From Neophaeotheca triangularis (taxonomy: Eukaryota), in contig BAAIJX010000006.1 of NCBI GenBank assembly GCA_054600435.1, positions 186,001 through 250,000 on the forward strand: a stretch of DNA of 64,000 bases, read 5' to 3'. Within the stretch, counting starts at the first letter, position 1; each line of letters starts with the position of its first letter. A program made the translations under genes and the position numbers. Below, one piece after another: positions 36,721 through 47,214 of the stretch. Below the pieces are notes generated by a model. It was not told the DNA's origin. It worked only from the letters and a program-made list of their open reading frames with translations, and made no database searches.

Positions 36721-37839
36721 ATGAAGAACGTCGCAGCCATCCTCGCATTCTGCTCTGCAGTCTCCGTCATCGGGAGCCCCCTCCCTAATGCAATCCCCAA
36801 AACCAAGCCCAAGGGGGTGACGTCGTACGAGAAGTACGACTTGCCAGGTAAGCCATTTCCTAACAATCACGAGCTTCCCAAGGAAGGGTCGACTTTCGTG
36901 CAGCCTCTCGAATACCCAAACAAAGGCTGACACACCCTCTAGCGACGTACTCCAAGTACGCCCTGCCCGGTAAGCCATCCCCCAACAGGCTGACACCCTC
37001 GAGAGCCGGGTTATGGTCCGTACAGGCTTGTGGCTAACGCATTTGTCAGCAACCTACTCCAAGTACGATCTCCCGGCCAGCTATGACAAGTACGCACCGG
37101 TCCCAGACGACAAGAAGAAGCACGCCGCCAGGGACGAGGAAGCCGTGAAGAAGCGCGAGCCGGCAGAGTACAAGAACTGTGAGCACCCAAAAATTCTCAT
37201 CAACCTCTTCGAAAATGAATCAGCTGACGAGAATAGACGGCACCTACCAGAACTACCCCAAGCCAGACCCCAAGCCCGCACCGCCGCCGACCAAATACGC
37301 GAGCTACAAGGACTACCCCTCCAGCTACGCGAACTACAAGTCGTACACCCGCGACGCTGAGGCTCAAGATGAGGTAGCAGAGGCCGTGGAAAAGCGCGAG
37401 CCGGCCGAGTACAAGAATTGTAAGCGCCCTTGCAAAACCTACCGAGTCACGTAAAAGCAACCCGACTGACAAGAGACAGACGGCACCTACCAAAACTACC
37501 CGAAGCCAGACCCCAAGCCCGCGCCACCGCCGTCCAAATACGCGAGCTACAAGGACTACCCTTCGAGCTACGCGAACTACAAGTCGTACGCTCGCGAAGC
37601 TGAGGCGGAAAGCGAGGGCCAAGCCGCCCCGGTTGAGGAAGCAGAGGGCCTGGAGAAGCGCGCCGACTACGGCAAATACGGGTACGTAGTCGGCAAATTT
37701 ATGGTTGAGTTTGAGGATTTGCTGACTTGAGTTTTCTTACTGCAGGTCTTACCAAGGCTACAAAAACGACCTTCCGGCTTCGTACAAGGAGTACAAGAAC
37801 CTTCCGGCTTCTTACAAGAAGTACCCTGCCTCTTCTTAG
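36721..37839 (+). CDS. Secreted Kex2-processed Tyr-rich repeat protein (candidate RiPP precursor, 253 aa); exons 36721-36847, 36943-36969, 37050-37178, 37237-37419, 37480-37681, 37746-37839
   Basis: Five GT-AG introns, each with a CTRAC branch site, give a 762-nt open frame. It encodes a signal peptide MKNVAAILAFCSAVSVIGSP, LPA(T/S)YxKY units, two near-identical repeats after KR (EPAEYKNYGTYQNYPKPDPKPAPPP(T/S)KYASYKDYPSSYANYKSY), acidic spacers, and a final KR-ADYGKYGSYQGY... unit. Confidence 0.9.
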
Positions 37840-38503
37840 AGATAACCTGTAACCAGGATGCTGAGACGGAGGCGAAGGAGCAGATGTGCGGCTGGAGGCT
37901 GGTGGATCGATTAAAGTTGTGCGACGTGGTTTAGGTGTTTAGAAGAGTTGGGCAGCAGGGACGGCTCGGGGAAGTAACGGGGTGTTCGTGGTATCTGGAT
38001 TTTGGGATCGAGGCGTTCGTCAGGCAAGTTGAAATTCGTCGTCTATAGGTTTGCAATGTCGTTTTCAAGTCGTTGCTTTACAATACCGGAGAGACCGTCC
38101 CGATCAGGATTGTCAGTCGGTACTTTATGCCTTCGTGCAAGTTGAACCATATGCATCTGTTTTCTTTATGGTCCTTGGGCCGGAAGGATCGACATCGTGT
38201 GGAGGGGCGTCAACGCCGGGAGTTTCGAGCGAGAGAATATGAGCGATTCGACTGCGGAGACGCTATAGAGCCTGCGTTGGGTTTCCTTCTCCGTTGGCGT
38301 CAGGCTTATATCCCCCTGTGTTTATGATTGTGTTCAGCCGAAGACTGATCGTACCTCGATGCTAGCTCTAGCTGAGAAATACCATCGAGATGACTGCTGG
38401 ATTGAGCAAGCCGAGCATCCAGAGAATTGATCGGTGGCTATTAACGAGGTTCGATCAACCAAAACTGCCGCTTCGCTGTTGTACCAGCTTGCTGCCGTCT
38501 AGT

Positions 38504-39727
38504 TCAAGCCAGCGCGCGCAGCCCATACGTGCCGTTCTGCACAACCATCTCTCTGGCCAGGACATTTTCAATCTCACTACTGCTGTAGCCCAGCACATGG
38601 AGAACATCCAGCAGTCCCTTGGTGTTGATTCTCGCAGGCGCGGCGGCCTGCACCTTGGGCTTAGCATTGAAAGCGATCCCCAAACCCGCGGCACGCATCA
38701 TGAGCAAGTCATTGCTTCCATCACCAACCGCAATTACCCTCTCCGTAGGAATCGCGTTTTCCTCCGCCAGCCTTCCCAACAACTCCCTCTTTTTCTCGGC
38801 GTGAATAATTGGCTTCCCAGCCACCAACTCCCCAGTAAGAAGCCCCTGCCCCTCCTCCTCAACAAGGTGATTGGCAAAAGCATAGTCCAGTCCCAAAGTC
38901 TCCTTAACCCACTCCGCCAACGGCGTAAAACCCCCACTCAGCACTGCAGTCTTCCACCCCAACGCCCTCAAGACCCGCACCAACTCTTTCGCCCCCGGCG
39001 TAAAACTGATGACCCCATTTTTCATCTGCTCCCATATTCCCACAGGCACACCCCTCAGTAATCCCACTCGCGCTCGCAAACTTGTCTCAAAATCCGTGTA
39101 TGGCGCTTCGCCTCTCATAGCCGCTTCCGTGATCGCAGCGACTTGGTCGTACAAGCCCACCGCTCTTGCCAACTCGTCTATGACTTCTTGTTGGATGAGG
39201 GTGCTATCCATGTCGAAAACCGCTAGCCCAGGGGTCCTGTGCGCTTTGTACAGCTCTCCCGGCTGAATCACGAGCTCTACCCCATATCGCGATTGCAGGC
39301 CCTTGAAAGATGGCGCATTGCAGAGCGCCGTGCATTGGCCCAACGTCCATGGCTCTTTGAACTTATCCTTCTTCTTGTCATGCCGGCCGGCGCGGACCAG
39401 GGGTATAGTGATTTCCGCGACGCGGGAGGGTACGCCCTGGTCGACGTCGAAGACATTGTGGTGGTCAATATGCCGGACGCTGGCGTAGCGCTGCGAGCGG
39501 TGACAGTCGAGCTCTTCTTGGATGTGGAGGATGATGTTCTGGGTAACGTTGTTCCAGGGTTCTGGCGTTGTTTTGGGTTCTTTGGAAAAAGCGAGGACGA
39601 TGATCTCTGTGCCTTCGCCTAGGTCGTCGTGGGTGAATTTGCGCGCTTTGGAAGGGCGGTCTGGGTCGAGGGTAGGATCTTGGAAGCGAGGATCTTCGCG
39701 CCAGAATTGCGTGTTGGTGTCGGCCAT
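38504..39727 (-). CDS. SER2: Phosphoserine phosphatase (HAD family)
   Basis: LAVFDMDSTLIQQEVIDELA, ITEAAMRGE, LSGGF, AVGDGSNDLLM, GIAFNAKPKVQ; first ATG at 39727 (MADTNTQ). Confidence 0.93.
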   Translation of the reverse strand: MADTNTQFWREDPRFQDPTLDPDRPSKARKFTHDDLGEGTEIIVLAFSKEPKTTPEPWNNVTQNIILHIQEELDCHRSQRYASVRHIDHHNVFDVDQGVPSRVAEITIPLVRAGRHDKKKDKFKEPWTLGQCTALCNAPSFKGLQSRYGVELVIQPGELYKAHRTPGLAVFDMDSTLIQQEVIDELARAVGLYDQVAAITEAAMRGEAPYTDFETSLRARVGLLRGVPVGIWEQMKNGVISFTPGAKELVRVLRALGWKTAVLSGGFTPLAEWVKETLGLDYAFANHLVEEEGQGLLTGELVAGKPIIHAEKKRELLGRLAEENAIPTERVIAVGDGSNDLLMMRAAGLGIAFNAKPKVQAAAPARINTKGLLDVLHVLGYSSSEIENVLAREMVVQNGTYGLRALA

Positions 39728-40541
39728 TATTGCGGCGTTGTGGTTTTCGTTGATCAATACGCCGTTATCGTGATGGGAAGGATTGGAACGGGCAAAAACA
39801 GAAGTTTCCTCTTTTGGGGTAGCGCGAGCAGACAAAACTGACCTCACCTCGGATTCGACGTCGCCTACCTTACTACAATTTCTGCAACCTCGAGAATGTA
39901 CATGTAGGATATAGACCGATCGTCCCAGCGGCGGTGTCCTTCTACTGTGTCCTGACACGCTTATCCGCCTCCGTAGCGACGTCGTAAGATGTTTTTATCG
40001 GGCAGAAGCGGAAAGGTTATGCAATCTGCTGGTCTTGCAACCTCTCGACATGGATGTCAAGTATCAGGTAACACGTACGTAGCAGGTACCTAACAGTATC
40101 CATGGGGCTCCACTGTTCACTCAAGAAGTTTTCCAGACTCTCGTCGGGTGTATACCTAGGTAGGGTCTTCACTCGGAACATAACGTTATACTTCTCTTTG
40201 GCCCGAATAATTAATCCACTTCGGTCGTCGCTCCTCCGTGGAAGTCGGCCCCACATCACTTTACATCGGGGTACCCCAATTATGGAGATGAATCGTCCTC
40301 GAGCACTTACCGATGCACATGGCCGCCTGCTATGCAATGACCGTCATCAGGTCGCAGTGCAAGGAAGGTTTCCAATTGTGGACCACTGGGTCGCATACGA
40401 CATCATACAACTGCGTGAGGCCGCCAACCTTGCACCATCCACCTGCAAGTCCCCATGGCATAGCAATATATAAAGGTGTAGCCCTGCCGGGGCTGCTAAA
40501 TTAAAGGTCCCTCGCGCTGTAATCTCTTTTCCTACTCCATC

Positions 40542-42851
40542 ATGATGTTTAGTTGGCTTGCAGCAGCTCAATTGGCGCTGCTAACCCTCCCAACCGCCAT
40601 TCATTGTCACCCGTCACCAAACCTCAATAGCAAAGACCCAATCCGTCTCGGACCTTATCAATTCTCACATGGTCCTGACGGAATCCACGTCTTCAGCGGC
40701 CAGGACGAGATCTGGTCGTCGGGATCAGTATGGCCCTTTGTCAGCGCCAGCGTCGGTGACGATATCATTCGCAGTTCAGATGGTGCCTTCAACATTACCA
40801 ACGTTGATACATTGAAGTGCCAAGGACAAAACATATCTAGTGTCGAATTTGCCCCGAAAGCCAACGCCACGCTGTCCGCTTCTCTGCAGATTTCCGGTCA
40901 TCTCCTCGAGTGTGGTCCCGCCGTGGCCCCATATACACTGACGCTCTGGCTCCCCGAGCACTTGAACGGGCATGTAGCGTTCAACGTCGACGTTCAAGAT
41001 GCCTCAAGCCCCGACGTCGAGCTGAACAAGGTCTTTTTCACGTTGCCATCTACTCAAGACGAAGGCATTTACGGCCTTGGTGCGCAGGCTTCCTTCGGCT
41101 CGCTCAAAAACCAGACAGTGCCAATCGTCACCCGTGAGCAGGGTGTTGGGCGAGGCGACGAACCGATAACTAGCATCGAGAACGAAGACGGCGGATTTCA
41201 CGGTGGCGATGAGTTCACCACTTATACGGCGAACCCGTCCTTCATCACTACCAATGGTGGTTTCTTCTATCTTTCCGAATTGTCTACCGGTTACACCACT
41301 TTCGATTTCAAGGATTCCAGCTCGATCGAGCTCAGATATGACAGCCTCAGCGTCGAGGGAGGATTCGGCAAGACCGGAGACATGTTCGATGCAGTTGAAA
41401 AGCTCACCGAATACACTGGCCGCCAACCATCTCTTCCCGAGTGGGTGGATCACGGCGCCATCTTGGGTATTCAAGGAGGAGACGAGAAGGTCGAAAGGAT
41501 TGTAAAGCAAGGCCTCGATATCGACTGCCCTGTTGCCGGTGTTTGGCTGCAAGACTGGGTCGGCACGCACTCGCAACCAGGTCCTTACTATGAAGTCTCA
41601 CGTCTCAACTGGAACTGGGAGTACAATGCCGACTTGTACCCATCCTGGTTTGAGTTCGTACAGCATCTTCGAGACGAGTACAACGTCCGCACTCTCAGCT
41701 ACGTCAACACATTCTTGACAGACATGAGCGATGGCGATGCACCATATCGACGTAACCTTTTCGCTGAAGCCGACGAGATGAGATACTTTGTCTGGAACAC
41801 GACCTCAGACAGCCCTGCTATCATTTCCTCGGGCCCGGGCCTTGAAGCCGGCATCGTCGACATCACGAACCCAGAACTCCGCTCCTGGTTTGCGGAAATC
41901 ATGCGTTCCCAAGTCTGGAACGGAAGCGTTTCAGGCGGCATGGTAGATTTCGGCGAGTACACGCCGATCACCGCCGACACCAGTCTACTAAACATGCGCC
42001 GCGACGCCTACTACTACCACAACCGCTACCCGCACGACTGGGCACAATTCCACCGCGGCATAGTCGAAGACCTCGACCGCGAAGATGAAATGGTGCTCTT
42101 CCACCGCTCGGCCTCCACGGGCTCGGCACGCTACACCAACCTCTTCTGGGTTGGCGACCAGAACGTCGACTGGGGTGTCAACGACGGTCTGAAATCCGCA
42201 ATCACCAGCCAAATGCACATGGGCCTCACGGGGTACGCACAAACCCACTCGGACATCGGCGGCTACACCACCACGCTCACCTACGACGACTTCAACCTCA
42301 CGCGGTCTGCGGAAGTGCTGGGGCGCTGGGGCGAAATGGCTGCCGTCGCGAGTTCCGTCTTCCGTAGCCACGAGGGCAATGTGCCTGAAGTGAACGCGCA
42401 ATTCTACACCAATGCTTCCACGTACGCGTGGTTCGCTTACAACGCCCGCATGTTTGCGTCGCTCGGTCCTTATCGTCGACACATCCTGACGACGGAGAGT
42501 GAGCCCAAGGGCTGGCCACTGTTGCGTGCGCCCGTCATGTACCACCCGCACGACTTGCGGACGCGGGAGATTAGTTATCAGAGTTTCTACCTCGGCGCCG
42601 ATTTGTATGTTGCGCCAGTTGTTGACGCTGGGGTTGAGGAGTTGAATGTCTATCTCCCAGGGGATTCTAGAAGGATGTACACGCATGTCTGGACGAAGCA
42701 AACGTATCAAGGTGGTCAGGATATTAGGGTCCCAGCGCCGTTGGGGCAGCCCGCGGTCTTTGTCGTGGATGATGCTGCGGAGTGTATGGAGCAGCTGCGG
42801 CCCTTTTTGGAGTTTGTGGAGAGGGAAAAGGAGACTGAAATCTGTATGTAA
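40542..42851 (+). CDS. Secreted glycoside hydrolase family 31, sulfoquinovosidase (YihQ)-like (769 aa)
   Basis: Signal peptide, LGIQGG, WLQDW, SRLNWNW, nucleophile MVDFGEY, acid/base WVGDQNVDW, HSDIGGYTT, FRSHEGN; TATATAAA at ~40467. Confidence 0.88.
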   Translation: MMFSWLAAAQLALLTLPTAIHCHPSPNLNSKDPIRLGPYQFSHGPDGIHVFSGQDEIWSSGSVWPFVSASVGDDIIRSSDGAFNITNVDTLKCQGQNISSVEFAPKANATLSASLQISGHLLECGPAVAPYTLTLWLPEHLNGHVAFNVDVQDASSPDVELNKVFFTLPSTQDEGIYGLGAQASFGSLKNQTVPIVTREQGVGRGDEPITSIENEDGGFHGGDEFTTYTANPSFITTNGGFFYLSELSTGYTTFDFKDSSSIELRYDSLSVEGGFGKTGDMFDAVEKLTEYTGRQPSLPEWVDHGAILGIQGGDEKVERIVKQGLDIDCPVAGVWLQDWVGTHSQPGPYYEVSRLNWNWEYNADLYPSWFEFVQHLRDEYNVRTLSYVNTFLTDMSDGDAPYRRNLFAEADEMRYFVWNTTSDSPAIISSGPGLEAGIVDITNPELRSWFAEIMRSQVWNGSVSGGMVDFGEYTPITADTSLLNMRRDAYYYHNRYPHDWAQFHRGIVEDLDREDEMVLFHRSASTGSARYTNLFWVGDQNVDWGVNDGLKSAITSQMHMGLTGYAQTHSDIGGYTTTLTYDDFNLTRSAEVLGRWGEMAAVASSVFRSHEGNVPEVNAQFYTNASTYAWFAYNARMFASLGPYRRHILTTESEPKGWPLLRAPVMYHPHDLRTREISYQSFYLGADLYVAPVVDAGVEELNVYLPGDSRRMYTHVWTKQTYQGGQDIRVPAPLGQPAVFVVDDAAECMEQLRPFLEFVEREKETEICM

Positions 42852-43377
42852 GGGTTTGTGTGTGTAAATCAACAGCATCATATTCGCCAAATCATGCTCG
42901 CTAAGTGCGGTTTCAGAGGGGACACAGGAGACTGACTGGTGGAATTGGAGGATCCCCAACTCCGCATACAATCGAACTCCGATGTCGGCATCCGGAGTTA
43001 TTGGCAGCGCCTAGACTGCACCTAGGTATGTACCACTGATTGCACACCTTCTTTCTTCCGCGTGCATACCTACTACTTTACTCTTCCTTTTGCACATTGG
43101 ACTTGTATGGTTCCCCTTGCGCCTTCTTTGCTACAGCTTTGAGTATGATTGGATCGTCTACACTCACCTCTGCGAGAATCACAGCCAGGACGTAGACGGT
43201 CTATTGTTGAACCAACTCCGGCCCTTGAGATACCTAATCGTGGCTGCTACTGGTGACTTACGCCGATGACCCAGTGCGGTGTCGATTGAGCGTTACCGCC
43301 TTGCTTTGTCGTCTACCACGGCCTAGAAACGACAGAGCTTATGCCGTTCGAAGCGCCTAAGCACACTGCTACTCACA

Positions 43378-45748
43378 ATGTCTGTCGAAGCGCAGAACGC
43401 GTCCTCTGTGACTCCTTCCTACCGTCGCAACGGCAAACTCTTCAGCTGCGAGCCGGTGAGTGGTTGTTGCTCGCCAGGCTGGAATACATGGCTAACAGAT
43501 ACCTTCGCAGTGTCGAAAAGGCAAGCTCCGTTGCGATCACGGCAACCCTGTCTGTGGTCGATGCGCACGCCGTAACAAATCGGAGCAGTGTATTTACCAT
43601 CCTGCGCCTCTGACCAAAACGCGGTCGTCTCCAAGTGTCGGGCCTCAGAGAGCTTCTGCGTCTGCCCAGATGAGCTACACCGGGACAACTCCTTACCCGG
43701 ATTTTCGAGCCAGACCAAGTCCTGTGACCCGTCCGCTTAGTGATAACGGCGGCTTCCAGAATGGTGTCTACTCGGGACACGCACAAGCTAGCAGTGTCGA
43801 CCCTGGTCGCCACTCGACTCGTGCAATGGCTCTCACCTCACACGAGGATCAAAGAAACCCCTCCTCTGCCTACTTGAGTCCTGAAAGCAGCAATACACCA
43901 TTGCGCGAGCCGAGGCCTGGCTTTCTAGGTCCAACTAGTTATTCAGCAGTGTACACAGAGAATCACATTGCTCCAGATCCTACTGGAGAAACGGAAGATG
44001 GCTCGAGCTTACCTCCAGTGTCCGCAGAGAAGGTCCAGCAAGGAGCTGACGTTTTCGCTCTCCTGCGTGACCAGAGTGTCTTCCGTCGCCTCACGCAGCG
44101 TCTTTTCGAACTCACCGACGGTATTGTAATTATGCTGCCAGTCTTTACGACTTGGGTAGATGAGCTGTGGGCCGAGTGGGGTCCTCTGTTGGCCGAAGGC
44201 AGGCCCGACGACCTTTTAGCGCTTTCGAGACTCGTCTGGCGCAACACTAGAAGTCCTTTCAAACCACACGCTCGGATGACTACCAAGGAGTGGGCTAAGT
44301 CGGCTTCCGGTAAGGGCTTGCGATGGGAGGTGGTTGGCGCGATCCTGACCGTGTCCGGGCTTACGGCCACTAGTTTGAGCCGCTGGGATTCAATATTCGA
44401 GTCTATGAGGGATTTTCGCAATGACCGCAGTGTCTTCACTGAGCGTATGCGAAAGGCGGCTGATTACTGCCAGTGCTTCTGCTATGAAGCGGAGGTCTTG
44501 AACGATCTCTGGCTCTGCTTCTTGTTCAACAACCTGATCTTGACAGAAACGATTAAGGGAGATGCTCGTAAGTTTAGGAGTTGTCATCGACGTCGGTGTC
44601 CTTATTAACGAGCCCCAGACTACGCTGTATGGCAAAGGACCTGCGAGATGTGCGATGCTATAATAGCTCTGGGTATACATCGAGGAAATGCCACCGATTC
44701 GGAGACGCCTTTCTTCCTTGCGGAACTACGCAAGCGAATCTTCATGGCGGTTTATGGTCACGACAAAAGCCTCGCTACCTTCCTAGGTCGGCCGCCGCGA
44801 CTGTCACATCGGTATTGCAAGATGGAGATGCCCTTGGACCTTTCGGACGACCAGCTCTTTAACTCGGGTCCCGAACAGGATGCCATTGTTGCATCCCTCG
44901 ACTCCGATGGATGGAACACCACCGGCCAGCTCTCTCGCACCACTTGGGGGAGAGTGTGGTTCCAACACTGTCGCATTCGCGAGGACATACTCGAGATCTC
45001 CCTTGGCACAGGAGACGAGGACGCTAACGAGCGAGCCGACCAGGTGCGTGCAAGACTCAATGCACTCCACGCCAGCTTCCCAAGCTTCATGAAGTTGTCC
45101 ACCGAAGATATTCTTGGTTCAGACAGCCACCCTTCCAACCAAGCCCTTCGCTCCGGCTTCGAATTGGGACCGGGCGACAACAAACTCCTCAACGCCATCT
45201 ACTGGGTTTGCATCCATGCCGGTATCGTACAGACCGAGTTCCTCCTGCAGCGAGCCTTGATAAACCGATGGAAAACTGACACTGCCCAACTCATACCCGT
45301 CTCTCGCCGCCTTCTGGCTATCGTCTTGATGGCAACGACGAAAAGAGATTTTTTTCGGGATTGCGACATGGTGTACATACTTTCCGTTCATGGTCTGCCC
45401 GCGGCGGGCGTGCTAGCTATAGAGCTGCTGAGGCAAGAACAGAGCCAGAACTACGATTCCGATCTCTTGCCCCGTTCACAGACCATTCAAGACCTCAGCG
45501 TAATAGTATCGGCGCTCGGAACCGTTGGACCGGATGATGGCGACGCCGGTATATGCCGACAGGGTCAACGGAGCCTCAAGCGCGTCCTGGATCAAATCCT
45601 CAGTCCGACCTCAAGACCGTCACAGCAAACGAACTTTGCAAACCCCGAACAGCCGTTGTTCGACGACTTGAGCTTCCAATTCCCTCTTGGCAACGACGCC
45701 GACTTCTTCCAATGGCTGGATAGCTTCAATGGCTTCAACGCCGTCTAG
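43378..45748 (+). CDS. Zn(II)2Cys6 transcription factor with fungal TF middle-homology domain; introns 43456-43510 and ~44568-44618
   Basis: Spliced RRNGKLFSCEP/CRKGKLRCDHGNPVCGRCARRNKSEQCIYHPAPLT; later ELRKRIFMAVYGHDKSLATFLGRPPRLSHRYC. Confidence 0.92.
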
Positions 45749-45811
45749 TAGAAGACATGCAGGAGCGCAATAAGAGCTATGATTGACATTTTACGACGTT
45801 TGATACCCAAA

Positions 45812-47214
45812 CTATCTAGGCGCAAATTCCTTGTTGAAAGCTCTTCCGATCACCATCCGCCTTATTTCACTTGTGCCGGCACCAATCTCATACAGCTTTG
45901 CGTCTCGCATGATCCGTCCAGCCGCCATCTCATTCATATACCCCATCCCGCCGAGGCACTGGATAGCGTCCATTCCACACTCCGTCGCACGCTCGGCTGC
46001 ATACAAGATCGCACCAGCACAGTCCTGCGTTCTGATTTCTGGGTCCTCGTGGCTCTCATCCACCGCTCGTGCGACGCTGTACGTCAGAGCGCTAGAGGCA
46101 CGGTATTTGGTGTACATGTCGGCGAGCTTGCCCTGCATGAACTGGTTGTGCGCAAGAGGTGTGCCGAACTGTTGTCGCTCGTGCACATATGGTAATGTGA
46201 CATCGAGCGCGGCTTTCATGAGCCCCAGAGGCCCGGCGGACAGTACCAAACGCTCGAGGTCGAGGCCCTCCATCAACACTCGCACGCCTTTGTCCACCTG
46301 GCCCAGCACGTTCTCCGACGGGACAAAGACGTTCTCAAGCACAATCTCCCCAGTGTTCGAGCCCCGCATACCGAGCTTATCCAACTTCCTCGCCACGCTA
46401 AAGCCCTCAGTCTTCGTATCCACCAAGAAGGCCGTGATACCCTTACTCCCCGCCTCGGGGGATGTTTTTGCGTACACAATAACCAAGTGCGCGTCCGGGC
46501 CGTTGGTGATCCACATCTTCGTGCCATTGAGCTGGTACCCGCCATCAACGGGTTTGGCGGCCATTTTCATGGAAACGACGTCTGAGCCCGCCGAGTGCTC
46601 GCTCATGGCCAGGGCGCCGATGTACTCACCGCTGATGAGTTTTGGTAGCCAGGCGCATTTCTGCGCGTCGTTGCCGTTGAGCATCAACTGGTTGATGCAG
46701 AGTTGAGAGTGCGCGGCGTAGGAGAGACCGATGCTGCCTGCAATTTAGACGCTGTTAGCCCATCCATTCCATATCGAACCCATTGAACAGCTCCATTTGC
46801 CGTCAGTTTAAGTGAAAATATAAATGAGTTCTTACCACTCGCCCGACTCAACTCCTCCATCACCACGCAATGCGCCTGATACCCCATACCCAGCCCACCG
46901 TAGTCTTCATCCGCCGTTATCCCCAAGAACCCCGCCGACCCCAGTTTCTGCCACATCTCGTTGGGGAACTCATTGCTGTGGTCGACGCTTTGCGCTAGAT
47001 CGAAGGGGATTTCCCGCCGTGTGAACTCTTGCGTGCGTTCGCGGAGTTCTTCCAGCTCGGGTTGGGAGGGCGGGGCGAAGTGGGCTGGGTGTTTGGTCGA
47101 GGCTTGTCGGGTGGAGATTATTGGGATTCCGGAAGAGGTTTGGAGGAGGGGTCGGAAGGAGTGGCGGGTGGAGGTTTGGCGGAGGGCGTGACGGAGGGGT
47201 GTGAGAGGTGGCAT
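45812..47214 (-). CDS. ivdA: Isovaleryl-CoA dehydrogenase, mitochondrial; intron 46835-46738
   Basis: [97 protein letters not shown]. Confidence 0.95.

Noticed and set aside
36721..37839. Interpretation of the repeat protein as an alpha-factor-like pheromone precursor
   Set aside because: It has KR and EA/DA signals, but the cores are ~35-45 aa and Tyr-rich and lack the short Trp/Cys...GQPC-type ascomycete alpha-pheromone pattern; the adjacent DUF3328 favours a RiPP or oxidised peptide.
45831..46706. 291-aa + strand ORF
   Set aside because: Exact antisense shadow of ivdA.
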